Shown one piece after another: positions 28,246 to 40,505 of a stretch of DNA of 64,000 nt. Every line of letters starts with the position of its first letter. The first letter of the stretch is position 1. The notes below the pieces were generated by a model. That model made no database searches and was not told the origin of the DNA. It saw only the letters and a list, made by a program, of their open reading frames with translations. Where the stretch lies: positions 20,708,001-20,772,000 of the forward strand of contig CATNEN010000001.1 of the NCBI GenBank assembly GCA_950097015.1. The letters run 5' to 3'. The stretch is from Macrostomum hystrix (lineage: Eukaryota; Animalia; Platyhelminthes). The translations under genes and the position numbers were made by a program.

Positions 28246-28924
28246 ATAGTGGTGACAATCATTTCACACATGTGCCTGAAGCAATAGAAAATATAAGTAT
28301 ATTAAATTCTTCACGCAAGCTACTGGCTAATTCAATCACCATATTAAACTAACCTAGGGTTCTGGATAATCTACTTATACAACTCAGTAGTATAGTTTGA
28401 AAATTTTAATAAAATTTAGTTGCGGAGATTTAGACAACAGATAAGACAATAGTTGAAAAAATATTATCTACAAATAGGCAGTTTATTTAGTTACGAGTAT
28501 CTTCAGCTGGACGCAATGAGCCCGCTGGGTAACGCAGTCAGAAAGGCTAAAGACATTTTTATAGATTTATTTGACGCTAAAGTCCGATTTGAGATAAAAA
28601 TAAGAACTCAAGGATATTAAAATATAATTCTACCAATAAACAAGTTAAGAAGTCACTGAAAGTAGTTCAACTATTTCAACAAGAGAAAATTGGTGTCAGA
28701 AATTTTGTTTGAAATTCTGAGGAGCCTGTATTCTTAATCAGCGCAAACGGACTTATTTTTCGTGTCGAAAACTGCACCAATAATTTCACAGAAAACAGTA
28801 CTCTTCATTTTTTTAAAAGGTAGGAAGCTATCCCGAATTGTTTGTTAGAATCAGCATCACGTCTTGGCGCGATTTCAAATTGAAGTACCGATAAGTTTTC
28901 AATGAAAATACATTATCATCGGCC

Positions 28925-31825
28925 TCAAAACATCAGGCCCAGCACGCAGTAGGCGGACAAAGCAATCGCCAGTCCCGCAGTGGCAGCTCTTGCCGAAGTG
29001 CCTGACGAAGTCAAGACTGGAGCCAGAGCCGGAGCCGGAGCCGGTGTCCGTTTCGCCGCAGCAGCTGCCAGGTCGGCCGCGCTGGGCTCAACCATCTGGA
29101 ACGGTCCATTGTAAGTCAGGACGCTTCCCTCGCTGAGTAGCATCGCAGATGACAGGTCGCGTCGACGCCTAACCAGGCTGCTGCCGCACACCTGGCTGCA
29201 GGAGTCCGCCGTATCAGCCGCTGAGCAGATTGTCACGTTGCAGAACACGTAGATTGCCGTGCTCACCGGAATGGGTGTAAACGACATCACCTGGAAGTTG
29301 ATTCCTATTGTCTTGGTATCCACTCGGAAGAGGCTGCTGGTGCTGGAGGTGCATTTGTCCCTCACAATGTAGTACGGCGTGCTCGAGCCGTCGACTGTGT
29401 TGGTGGCCCAGCAGCTGCGCACGGTCAGCCGGACAACCAGGGGGCTGGTCACCTGCACTCTAGCGTAGATCTTGGTGCCCACAACCAGCTTGGATCCAGG
29501 TGTGATCTCAGACTGGAAAGTGCCGGCCATGTAGTCCTGGAACAGGCGCACCTCGGAGGTATAGGTGTCACCACCGACAATTGGCGCGGCCGTCCGGGCG
29601 TCCGGCGAAAGAGCGGCGGAGACGGCGCCCTGCTTGGGAATGGCGCAGACAATGGGAATGGTGTAGGGCGTGTCAAAGTACACACCGCCGACTGGGTTGA
29701 CATTCTTATACAGGATTGACGTGTAGGTCACGTGAGTAGCGTTGGTGGACTGCACGCTGTTGCAGCCGATGTAGGGCATGATGGCCCAGACAGTCGTGCC
29801 GTTCTCGCCAACAGTGAAGTTGCACGTGGCGTTGCTGTATGCGCCATAGAGGCTTAGCAGAGATGAAGAAGGGACTTCGCTGACTTGGAAGTAAACAAAG
29901 GCGCTGTAGGCGTGGCACGTCATCGTCGGCGTTGGTATCAACGGTGGCACCAGCGAAATCGGTGTACAACGCACTGTCACGGCCCTGGAAGTACTGCATG
30001 CCCCGGAGACCACGCCCCAGCCATTGTGGGTGCAATCATTCGTGCTGGTAGCTGCGGCCGGACAGGTGAGGCCAGACAGGATCACCGGGTAAGAGGAGGA
30101 CACGTTCAGGTACATGCCAGTCATGCCAATTGCGTTGGTCGTGCTGCGAGTGTCAATAATGAATGCGGATGAGTGCTCAACCAACTATTACTATCGAGCT
30201 CTATTTCTATTTCTATGTTTAGAGTGGGGTGTTCAGTTTGAGTATGCCAGGTAACTCCATGCGGACTTACGCATTCTGGCACAACATCCGGCAGATCGTT
30301 GTGGCTTCGTTGACGCCGAAATCCGCGGCGCAGATGCTGCCGTAATTAGTTCCGGTGGCATTCCTGATCAGCACAATGCCCTCCGTGGGCCCGGGCTCGA
30401 GTCTCAGGTTGGTGACGGAGCCGGTGCAGGTGGTTGGTGGCAGGGTGGCCAGGTTGGGTGTCGCCGCAGTGGCTGGGGCTGCTGTCGTCCTGGTGCCAGT
30501 GCAGATGATGGCGACATCGTTGCCTCGACCAGTGCAGGAAGACGGTATCGCCGGCGGCACAGTGTACCGACAGGCCACATCGAGTGTCCAAGTGGTGACT
30601 GATGTTTGCTGCAAGCAATGTTTTTGCATTTTTAGAATTTATGCTTTCTTCTTTTTCTTTAGTTCGAAAAACTAAAAACGGTTGCAAACTACTTTCAAAT
30701 TAAACAGACATTTAACTACGAGAAATACACCGAGACGTCACGGGTTCATGCATCATGTAGTTCTTTTCAGTCACGTGGTCATTTGGTCAGCAAGTATTCA
30801 TTAGGTCATACATCGAGAAGGCATTGAGGAACGCATCGAGTATTTATTTGTTCATGCGTCGGGTAGTCATTGGATCATGCGTCGGGTAGTGATTGGGTCA
30901 TTCATCGGGTAGTGATTGGGTCATGTGTCGGATAGTCAGTGGGTCATCGTGAACTAGCAACAGCCAATTACAAGCTCACCAGGAAGTCGGGACAGCCTCC
31001 GCTGACAGCCATCACAAAGTTGGTGTTGCCAGTGGTGACTGGTGCCAAGTTAATCTTGTAACCAATGACGCCTCGGTAGCCAAGCATGGCGCAGACCACA
31101 GAAGCGCCGTTGTTGTCAAAGCCGGCGTCGCAAATGCGCCCGACTGAGCCGTCGGTCATTGTGACCTCGACAACACCTTCAGCTCCGGTCGGACCGACTG
31201 GGCCAACCAGACGGACACTCACAGGTCGTTGAGCGACGACGGCTAATAAAATATATATAAAGTGCATTTTGCCCCTTCACAGTTTTGGTAAATGTTTTCG
31301 AAAATGCTATTCGATTTTTAAGCAGCCGTTGAATGACTGTTCCATCGATAACCGGACGGAAACAGCGAGGAGGCAATTCTGTCCATTTCGCTAACTCCTG
31401 AGCACACACGCACTCGGATACTGTATGCAGGCACACACTCAGGTAGGTGTGTACATCTGCTCTGACTTTCTCATCGTCAGGCAGTGTACACTCTCGCTGG
31501 CGTGAATTACACGACATCCTCCAACCTTTTTCTCCGCAGCTGCGCCCCAAATGAATGAATGGTTTCGCCGCGGAATCGAGCTCAGGGACCTTGGTGCGAG
31601 AGTCAAACTCGGCCACTTAACCCCAGTCTGTGTAATCAATTATGACCTATTCGATTGACTTACACTAGTTGTGAGCTGACTTCATTTCTTCTTCCTATTT
31701 GGTTAAGAGGCCTACATCACATTTTTATAACAAGAGAAGCAAAGTTAGTCCAAAACAAAACATATAAAATCTGACAACTCACCGGATCCAAGGAGTGCAA
31801 TCAGAAGAAGGACAAGCTGCAGCAT
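28925..31825 (-). CDS. SRCR-SRCR-ZP domain protein (DMBT1/uromodulin-like), secreted or membrane/GPI-anchored
   Basis: Exons 31825-31783 (signal peptide MLQLVLLLIALLGS), 31242-30980 (VRLVG..EGVVEV..GRICDAGFDNNGASVVCAMLGY, SRCR), 30608-30271 (second SRCR start, GSICAADFGVNEATTICRML) and 30143-28925 (ZP domain incl. SCWAT, IYVFCNVTIC, furin site VRRRR, hydrophobic C-terminus). Intron phases are compatible. Confidence 0.9.
31363..31620 (-). mobile_element. SINE family A copy in intron 1 of the SRCR-ZP gene
   Basis: Reverse complement of the family core and tRNA-like head. Confidence 0.85.
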
Positions 31826-32915
31826 TTTAGCAACAATTATGCCTTTACCAGCTGCCAAATCGAACTTCTTCGTCTGAGCGCAAAGCTGAGTTCAGTTGAC
31901 AGAATCAGCAGCGCGACCGCTTGCTTCAGTGAGTTAAATCTGTTTTGCTTGGCTGGGTCAGTAGAAGAGGAAAGCTGGCCAGAGTGTGTGGGTATAAAGG
32001 TGAGCCACAGACAGGTAAATATGCAGGACTAGCCCAGCTACTCTTTCTCTCCTCTCGCTCTCGCTCTCGCTTCTCGTTCGTTGTTTTCTGTTGCCCGCAG
32101 TTACGCGCAAAGTTAGGCAGGTCGTAGCTGAATGTAGGGGTAGGAAAATGAAGAGCTTTTAGGCTCCAATGAGCCCCTCAAAGTGTGGTCAAACAGAGTC
32201 CCTCCCTTCGGACCTGTGCCAGGAGGGCGGGGTGGGTGCTGGAATGCAGATGGCCACGACGCGCCCAATAGGACAACAAGCGCGCCATTCATTGCTCATT
32301 CATCGCTGAGGCAAGACTTCTTTGCGGCTTTCGGCATATGCAAAGTGCCAAAGCAGTTTTTTGTGCGTTTATTCTTTGTGCAATGCAAAATGGGCGAGTC
32401 CAACAGTAATAGCTTTCCGTTTTCACTATTGCAAGCTGTGAGTCACAATTCTGTCTCATTGTGACGCTCTCGATTTGAGCAGTGTGCGCTCACAGTCGCC
32501 CAATACTGTGCAGTACTTTGTGAAGCTTTGAAAAGGCTTCTTTTAACTAATTTGTTAGAATTTAGATTAAGGTGTCAACTTTGTTGGATTCTTAAAAGTC
32601 TGAAATGATAACATCATAGATCTGACAGGAATTTAAACTAAAATATCAAAGATTTGTTAAGTTGCAGTCTCAGATTCGATAAAACTTTGAAAAACACGTC
32701 GATATTTCAATGCGCATGAATCTATATTTCTGCCTCTCCGGCATGTTTTAGCCCAAATAAAATTCAAACAAAATATTTTCAAGGCGGAAGAACTGCCCTC
32801 ATTAGATACTGTAGAGTTAGCGCAAGAGTCTTTCCATAGCTTCATAAAGTACATTCCGGAGAGCGTAAATACGTAAACAAAAACTATGGCGGCTTTAATA
32901 GCTGGTTTGTGGGAT

Positions 32916-35900
32916 TCAACTGGACGATGTGCTGGACTCCAAATCGTTCGGGTTCCTATGCAGCTGGTTGTGCCGTGTTGGTAGCATTTCTTGCAGAGGG
33001 TGCTGTTGCAGCTCGAGCTGCTGCTGCGGTGGCAGCTGGGGCAGAGTCTGCGGTGGCAACTGGGGCAGAGTCTGCGGTGGCAACTGGGGCAGAATCTGCG
33101 GTGGCAGCTGGGCCTGAGTCTGCGGCTGTATCTCAGCAGCGGCAAGCAGACCTTCCAGCAAGCTCAACCCGACAACGCTGCAACAACAGTTGGCTGAGGC
33201 TGGTAGGGGAAGACCCGGTGCCACCTCCCAGACTGAGGCTGGGCCGGGGCGCCACTTCTCCACCACGTTGACGGTTGTGTTGGTCTGGTCCGACCAGCCA
33301 CCAATGGCGTAGATCTCACCGCGGAGCAGTGCCGCACTGAAATTGCTCCGCTGGGTGATCATTGGCGGCATTGGAGACCACTGATTGATCTCAGGATCGT
33401 AGCGCTCAACGGTAGCCAGACGGCTGTTTCCATTGTTGCCACCTAGTGCAAACAGCTGGCCATCGCAGACGCACACTGACACGCCTGAGCGCACACTCTG
33501 CATGGCGGTGGCGTAGCTCCACTGGTCCACTGCCGGGTCATAGCGCTCCACCGAGCTGAAGAACTGGTGCCCGTTGAAGCCGCCGCAGACGTAGAGGAAG
33601 CCCTGCAGACCGGCACAGCCGGCGTCGCTCCGAACCTGCGTGCAAATTACAGAGTGAAGACAATGTACTTGTCTCGTTTCCGCATTATTGCGCCTAATTA
33701 TGACCTCAGGGAGTTCTAGCCGAGTGGTTCGAGCGTCAGGTTCATGACGGTCAATTGCCGACTCTATTGGAATAATTTGCGTTTTTTACCTAGACACCAA
33801 TGTTATTATTATTATTGTCTTTGCAGGAGGGCTGCGGGTAATGGCACATCATTTGGTGACACCAGTCCCGCAGCCAGCGAGGAGGCAATTCTAGCCATTT
33901 CGCTGACTCCTGAGCACACTAGCACACAGACAACACAAGCAGGCTCACGCTCACATAGGTGTGTACATCTGCCCTGAATTTCTCATCGTCAGGCATTGTA
34001 CACATTCACTGTGCCTTGGAAGTTGGCGCTTAAGACAGAGAGAGAAAGCCACCTTTGCCTCCAGGGTGTAAACTTCTCGTACCCTAGCTGATGCCAAAAC
34101 CCTTTTACATGGAATCAAGTATCGTGCTGAAAGACGCCAATGGCTTCGTTTGGGTATAGCCACTACAAGCTTAACGTCCTCACCTGCAGCATGTTGGCAA
34201 TCATTTGCCAGCGGTTCTCAGTGGGACAGTACCGCTCGGCCGAGCTCAGCCTACCGCGGCCATTGTGCCCACCGACGGCATACACAAAGTCGTCAAGAGC
34301 GGCTGCGCTGACGTAGTTCCTCTGGTGATGCATGTTGGCCTTCGGCTCCCAGCGGCCTTTGCGCAGGTCGAAAGCTTTCACACCGGCAGTTGGGCCCTGA
34401 TAGCCGGTGGCTCGATTCTGCACGTAGCCGCCGACAACAAAGACTCGGTGGCCCAGCAGGACGCAGCCGGAGTAGGCGTGCCCGCAGCCCAGCACTGGCC
34501 CGGCCTGTTGGCTGTGCCGAGTCCAGGCTCGTTCGTGATAGTTGAAGATCTAAAACGGATTTAGAAAAATTTCTATTTACGACGCATCCACAGGTTATTG
34601 TACAATTTTTCAGTCCACGGACTGAGGGCTAAGGAGAGGCGCCACGCAGGGAAGTGAGTGGCAGAGCGGTAAATGCTTTGCCTCTGGCACCGATGTCCCC
34701 GAGGTCGACTAAATGGCGAGGCCGTATTCATTTGGCGGCGCAGACGCTGAGAGAAGGCCTGGGGGCTTTTGTCGTGCAATTCAACCATTGAAGGTCAACC
34801 TCCAAAGCCCAGCGAGTCTACCCTGACTGACGATGAGAAAGTCAGGGCAGAGGTACACACCTGTGTGAGTGTGTGCCTGCGTACAGTATCTGTGTTTGCG
34901 TGTGCGCTCAGGAGTCAGCAAAATGGGCAGAATTGCCTCCTCCCTGGCTGCGGGATTAGTATCACCAAATGATGTGCCATTGCCGGCAGCCCTCCTGGGC
35001 CTCATGAATCCGAATTCCAGCCCGGTTCAAGTTAATATTCATAATTTTGCTGAGTGAAAGGGCATAGGTTAAGTACAAATGTTCCTTTTTCTAGGCCTAA
35101 GATTCGAACTCCCGACCTCTCGGTAAGAATCTTAAAATTCAATTCAGCACTTCCTTCCCGAATTCCCTTTCATTACCTGTACGGCGTCAGACGGGCCGAA
35201 ATTGGGATCATTCTGCAGGCCCTCCCAGCCGCCGCACACAAAGATTACTTCGTGCGGTATGCGCGCCTCAGTTTGCGACTTTGCTGACTCAAGTGCCGTG
35301 GAGTCTTCAGTGCTGATCGCGTCGAACAGATCCGCAGCCCGCGCCAGTCCGCAGTGCACGACAACCAAGGAGGATCTGTCCAGTTCCAGCGTCTGTGTCG
35401 GGGTCAGGCGGCCCTGCCGGATGCAACGCAGCAGCTGCAAGGACGTCTGCCGGTTCGCTGCAGCGTGCTCCGCATTAGCGTCCAGCCAACGCTGAATCGG
35501 GTTCAGCAGGTCCAACTCCGAGTCGATGTTGAGCTCCGGATTTTGAATGAGTTCGAGCAGTTCGCTCGAAGGCAGTCGCTCGAACTGTGGCAGAGTGGCT
35601 GCCGACTGAAAATTAGCAGTCAGCCAGGACTGAACGATGGATTTCAAAAGCGGCCAGCCGGACTCAACCGCTGCGCGCCAGTAGCTCCAGCAGTTGTTCA
35701 GGTTGAGCTGGTGCAGCGGCACTGAGAGTGCCAGATCCAGAATGTTGTAGGACTGGAAGCACACGAATTGGAGACTGAGATGAAGCAACTAATAATAAAC
35801 AAACCACGAGGAAGACATGCAAAAAATAACTAACAATGCAATCACCTGGAAGTGCAGCGCAGCCCGCACTGTCTTTGCCAGACCATCTGGACCAAGAGCT

Positions 35901-36259
35901 TGTCGCAACAACTCGTCATCCGCGCCCTCCACCTTATCCCGAGCTTGGATGGCGCCTTCATCGTTTGTGCAGCCGATAAGCCGCAGTATCAGCTGGAGGC
36001 CCTCTGGCTGGTCATAGTCCACCGTGACAACGCGCCGATCTATTGGAATCTCCGATCCCGGCGTCCCGGTCTCACTTTGGAGAAAGTGCTGATAGAACCA
36101 GGCGGAGTTCTGTGCCAGCATCAGGCCGTTCACTGGGATGACGAGACCGCCTGCCTTCACTCGCCAATCCAGCAGGTGGGCTGGCATCGGCATCGGTGGC
36201 TTGTAGCCGTTGAAGGCAGCCGTTGCGCTGCTGGGACAGGATGTGCTGACGACCTGCAT
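32916..36259 (-). CDS. Kelch-like BTB-BACK-Kelch protein, KLHL10-like
   Basis: Exons ~36259-35846 (divergent BTB; start uncertain), 35752-35177 (BACK; RIPHEVIFVCGGW), 34549-34184 and 33635-32916 (Kelch repeats: RNYVSAAALDDFVYAVGG, RSDAGCAGLQGFLYVCGGFNG, RSGVSV, RSNFS). All phase-0 GT-AG introns. Confidence 0.9.
33804..34020 (-). mobile_element. SINE family A copy (3' two-thirds) in Kelch intron
   Basis: Reverse complement of the family core and 3' domain. Confidence 0.85.
34650..35000 (+). mobile_element. SINE family A, near full-length copy in Kelch intron
   Basis: A box GAGTGGCAGAGCGGT, degenerate B box, conserved core and 3' domain. Confidence 0.87.
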
Positions 36260-37645
36260 GAGTTTAATAAAAGCAGCTGGGCTTTGCAAAACTCTGTTGG
36301 GTCTTTGATCTGCTGATTTTTATGGTAATATGAGTACATCGAAAGTATTTAGACATTTTTGGGGTTGTTTATACTGTCTATGGGTCTATGGCTAATAAAA
36401 TGTTTAAAATAGCTTCTATCTACTTTAAATAAGGAATAATTTTCATATGTATTTAAATCCTAAAAGTACCTTGTATTTTTTGGATTCACTGACGAGAGAT
36501 AAACTGCTTTCACGGTTTTATAGTTAAATACACGCGCTACGAATGGAGGCTGATTTATAATTATTTCAAAGTTAGATTTTACAAACTATACAAGTTGTAC
36601 CCAACAAAATAGGCAACAATCAAAGCCGATCGTGGATTTCAGCTCAATAATGACAAATAAAGTAATTATTACAACTCAGCTCACAGTTCGAATCAAAGAC
36701 GTATTTTTAAGCACTCTGATCCTAGCTAGCTTGGAACCGTAGGTTTATAAATAGTCTTTATAAATATACTAAGTTTTTCAAAAGTCCTAGATCAAACATT
36801 TCTATGCGCGAATGTGCTTGCATGGACAAACTAAAGGAAATTGAGTCTCCTAACCGATGTTAACGACATTCGATCGCAGATAGCGAGCCCTTTAAAGGGA
36901 CCACGAACATTATCTTTTTCTTTGCGTGTTCAGAAAAATTATTCTTAACGAAAAAGCTAATTTCTATTTATTAAATGATTCAATTATATTTAGCTTGATA
37001 AACTAGTAAAAATGGTAAATTTTATGTGTTTTATTTTGGAATAAATGTTATAATATACAAAGCTTCCCTGCCTATTTTTAACTTCCGACGAAGCATGCGC
37101 GCACTAATTTAATTATCATCTCCAGCTCTTTCTTGACAAGAGAAGTCTATATTACGAGCTCGTACTGCTTGTATTTTAAAGAAATATCAGCAAGATTTGC
37201 ATTTAATTTATATAAAATTTATCATTTGTTCTTTTTTATAGCTAAGAAATAGCTCGCAGCTAATTCTTTGCCTCCATGAGGTTAGAGACTTAGTGGATAA
37301 ATATTATATATATAAAGAAAAAAAATCTGGAGTACTAACGTTAAGTACTATATTGACTAGAATTTCGATATTTGTTCATATTTAAAAAAAATAGACCAAA
37401 ATGATACTAATAATAATGGAATTAGTTTTTGTCAATTTAATAACTGCTTTGTCTCTTGGCTAAAATACTTTCTATGCATTTGACTAGGTAGAGGCTAGCC
37501 ACCCCTAGCAGTCTAATTACATCAGATTGAATTTCGTATAGAAAACAGGATTTCCAGTTATTTTAATCCATACTAAGCCTATTTAAACTGACAGTTTGTA
37601 ACAAAAATACTAAAAATGTTTGGTATTTTATATGGGGTACAGATC

Positions 37646-38228
37646 AAATCGTCATATTCTAAAACGTCATATGATGCTGACGATTTGCGCAAAAGTGTCA
37701 CAATATTCAATTTAATATGACGATCTTGACTATTTGTTTGTTGCTCATTTGAATTATGAATTTGATTTGAATATTTGATGATGCATAATTCAAACAATTA
37801 ATTTATTTAAAAGCAGTTAAAAGTAAATGTAGATAAAAAAGCACAGATAAAAGCGTCAGGTAGGCACAATGAACAGACAAATTCATTATGCAAATATTGC
37901 AAATCATGACAATGCAATAGAAGAGCATGTTTGAGTTACATGTACATAGCTACACGCTGAACGAAATTTAGTGCACATGTTATGTAATGTGCAATGTACT
38001 TTGAGTGGCTCAAATGACATTATTTTTGTAGAGCCAAGTGAGACAAGGCCAAAAATGTATGATTCGCTTTGCTTATACTTTCAACAACAAAGCTGTTTGC
38101 AGAGCCAATAAAATAACAATATGACGACTTCGTTAATGTCACATTGTCGAATGCGGACAATATGACGATTTAGATAATGTTGTTATTTTTTTACAACCCT
38201 CATATGACAATTTAGAATATGACTATTT
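37646..38228. mobile_element. Putative MITE / non-autonomous DNA transposon remnant
   Basis: AAATCGTCATATTCTAAAACGTCATATGA (37646-37674) is an imperfect inverted repeat of TCATATGACAATTTAGAATATGACTATTT (38200-38228); internal ATATGACGA motifs; AT-rich, non-coding interior. Confidence 0.55.
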
Positions 38229-39943
38229 TGGCCGGAGCCTTTTATATGTGCTAAATGTATAGTCAAATATACTCCTATATTCATTGTTTACTGCCTTTTC
38301 TTTAAATTCTTGTTTTATATAAAAAGTATGCAGTTTAGGAAAAGCCCACATCTTAAAAATGTTTTTATCCAACATTTTCTAACCATAAGTGTTGATAAGT
38401 AGTGAAAACGTATATATGGTCTTATCTAGGTTTATCTATAGCTGGCAATTTCATAGTTTACTATAGTAAATCATTTATATATATTTTACTTTTTCAACTT
38501 TATTAGACTTTCTAGCAAAGCAAACATATAGGAGGATGCATAACTAGTTAAGCAATTTAAGTAAGACCTATTGATGATGTTGGTATAGCATGTTAGGTTA
38601 TTAGGGTTCAAAATGTAGACCAGTTTATTACATGGTTTTGTAGACAATTGTAGGCCTCCAATCCATCAGTTATGATTTAAGTGCCTTAGGCCAGCCTCAG
38701 GGTAAATGCCACTAGTTGTTCTATGCTTTCTAGCCATGTCACAGTTAGCAAATTGGCTAAAAAGTTATAAAAAATTGTTACAAGAATGCAGTAAACTGCA
38801 GTATGAAACCATGGCTAGTTAGCTGGAAATATTTATTCTGTTCTTATCTTTAGCCTTAGCAACTACAAAAAACATAGCACCAAAAATATTTTTTGGTACT
38901 CGTAGTTGCTATTTGCTAAGGAATTAAAAAAATATTAAGTTTCTGAATGAAATATTCTTAACTGGCTATTCTATGTATGATTGCTTAACATTTTTTTCAT
39001 TGCAATGCTTTTAAGAGTAAAGCACTGTGTTGGCTTACTACTAGGTAAGTTTAACCTAGGAATTCTAACTTGGGAAATGAAATATAATCTATTATATATG
39101 CTTTGTTTTTGTAAATTTGAAAGTGAAGGTTTACTAACAAGCAATATGGTTTTCAGATTTTGTACTAAAACTTGCAGTTTTAGCTAGCTAGCTAAGCATG
39201 GGATTCATCATGAAAGTTTCATCATAAAATAATGGTATTAGCTTATGACTGAAAAGTCAGTCAATGTATTAACTATTTAAAATTTTGAAGCATACAACTT
39301 TACAGTAAGTTTATCTGCTATCCAACATTTGTATACAAAAGCTATAAAAAATTATTGGATGTAATTGGCTTTCGGGCAATAAAATTGTATATTTTGTAAT
39401 GCACATATTCCATAATTGTAATATATTTTATCGTGTTTCATTTCCCTTTTACCACAATCCTACTGGTATTTTTCCCTCTCCCCAGATCAGTCATTTCTTT
39501 ATCCTTCAGGCAGTTAATTTATCCTCAGCCCAAATCCTTCAGGTAGTTTTTTTCCCTCGCCCTACATCCTTTAGATAGTCCTTTATGAGTTTTTTTCTTG
39601 TATTCACCCACTTTCTTCTTCCGTATGTGAATAATACATTTCCGAAATCCTTGTTGCTGCAGACATAATTGTTTTTCGCTCTGAAAATAGACTTCACTCC
39701 TCACTCCTTATCCAGTCCAGTTTACATTACAATTGCACTCAGCACAATGCAGTCTGTTCTTAAAGCGCGTGCACAAAAGCATTTTTAGCAACTTTGGAGT
39801 ACCCTTCGCTGTAGCCTTGTTTTTCTGCTAGCTATTATCCAGATGCTTTTGTTGATGAGTTTTATTGTGTTCTATTAATAGATTTCTTTTATTATATCGT
39901 CTAAAACAAATGCTAAGCAGTCCTAGGTCTAAGCAAATTGATG

Positions 39944-40283
39944 AGGAGGGTGAATAGCTGAGCGGTCAACCGCGTTTTCCTCTCGCACCAAGGTCCCTGA
40001 GCTCGATTCCGCAGTTCAGGTCACATTCATTTGGGGTGGGGCCGCGGAGAGAGGGCTTGGGGGCTTGTCGTGCAATTTACGCACTCGAGGTCCAATCTCT
40101 AAAGCACAGCGAGCGTGTACACTGCCTGACGATGTGGAAGTCCGGGCATGATGTACACACCTGTGTGAGTGTGTGCTCAGGAGTCAGCGAATTGGACAGA
40201 ATTGCCTCCTCGTTGGCTGCGGTTCAAGTGTCACCAAATGATGTGCCATTGCCCGCAGCCCTCCTGCAGTTATTATTATTTAG
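39944..40283 (+). mobile_element. SINE family A, full-length copy with target-site duplication
   Basis: A box TAGCTGAGCGG, B box GCTCGATTCC, (TTA)n tail, flanked by the perfect 14-bp direct repeat TAAGCAAATTGATG (39930-39943 and 40284-40297). Confidence 0.93.
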
Positions 40284-40505
40284 TAAGCAAATTGATGTCT
40301 TAAATAACTTTAAAAAGTCAACTAAATATAATTAAAGTAAGTTCCGAAGTTTTTGCCGCCGCTAACCAACCCCTTACAAGGTTTAGTCCATTGGTTAGAG
40401 CTTCGCACTTTTGAACGAGTACCGGGACTGGCAGGGGTAGAAATTCCAGAAGGGTGTTGCGGCCTCCCCAGTCCATGGACTAAACAACATTCCATTCAAC
40501 TCCAG

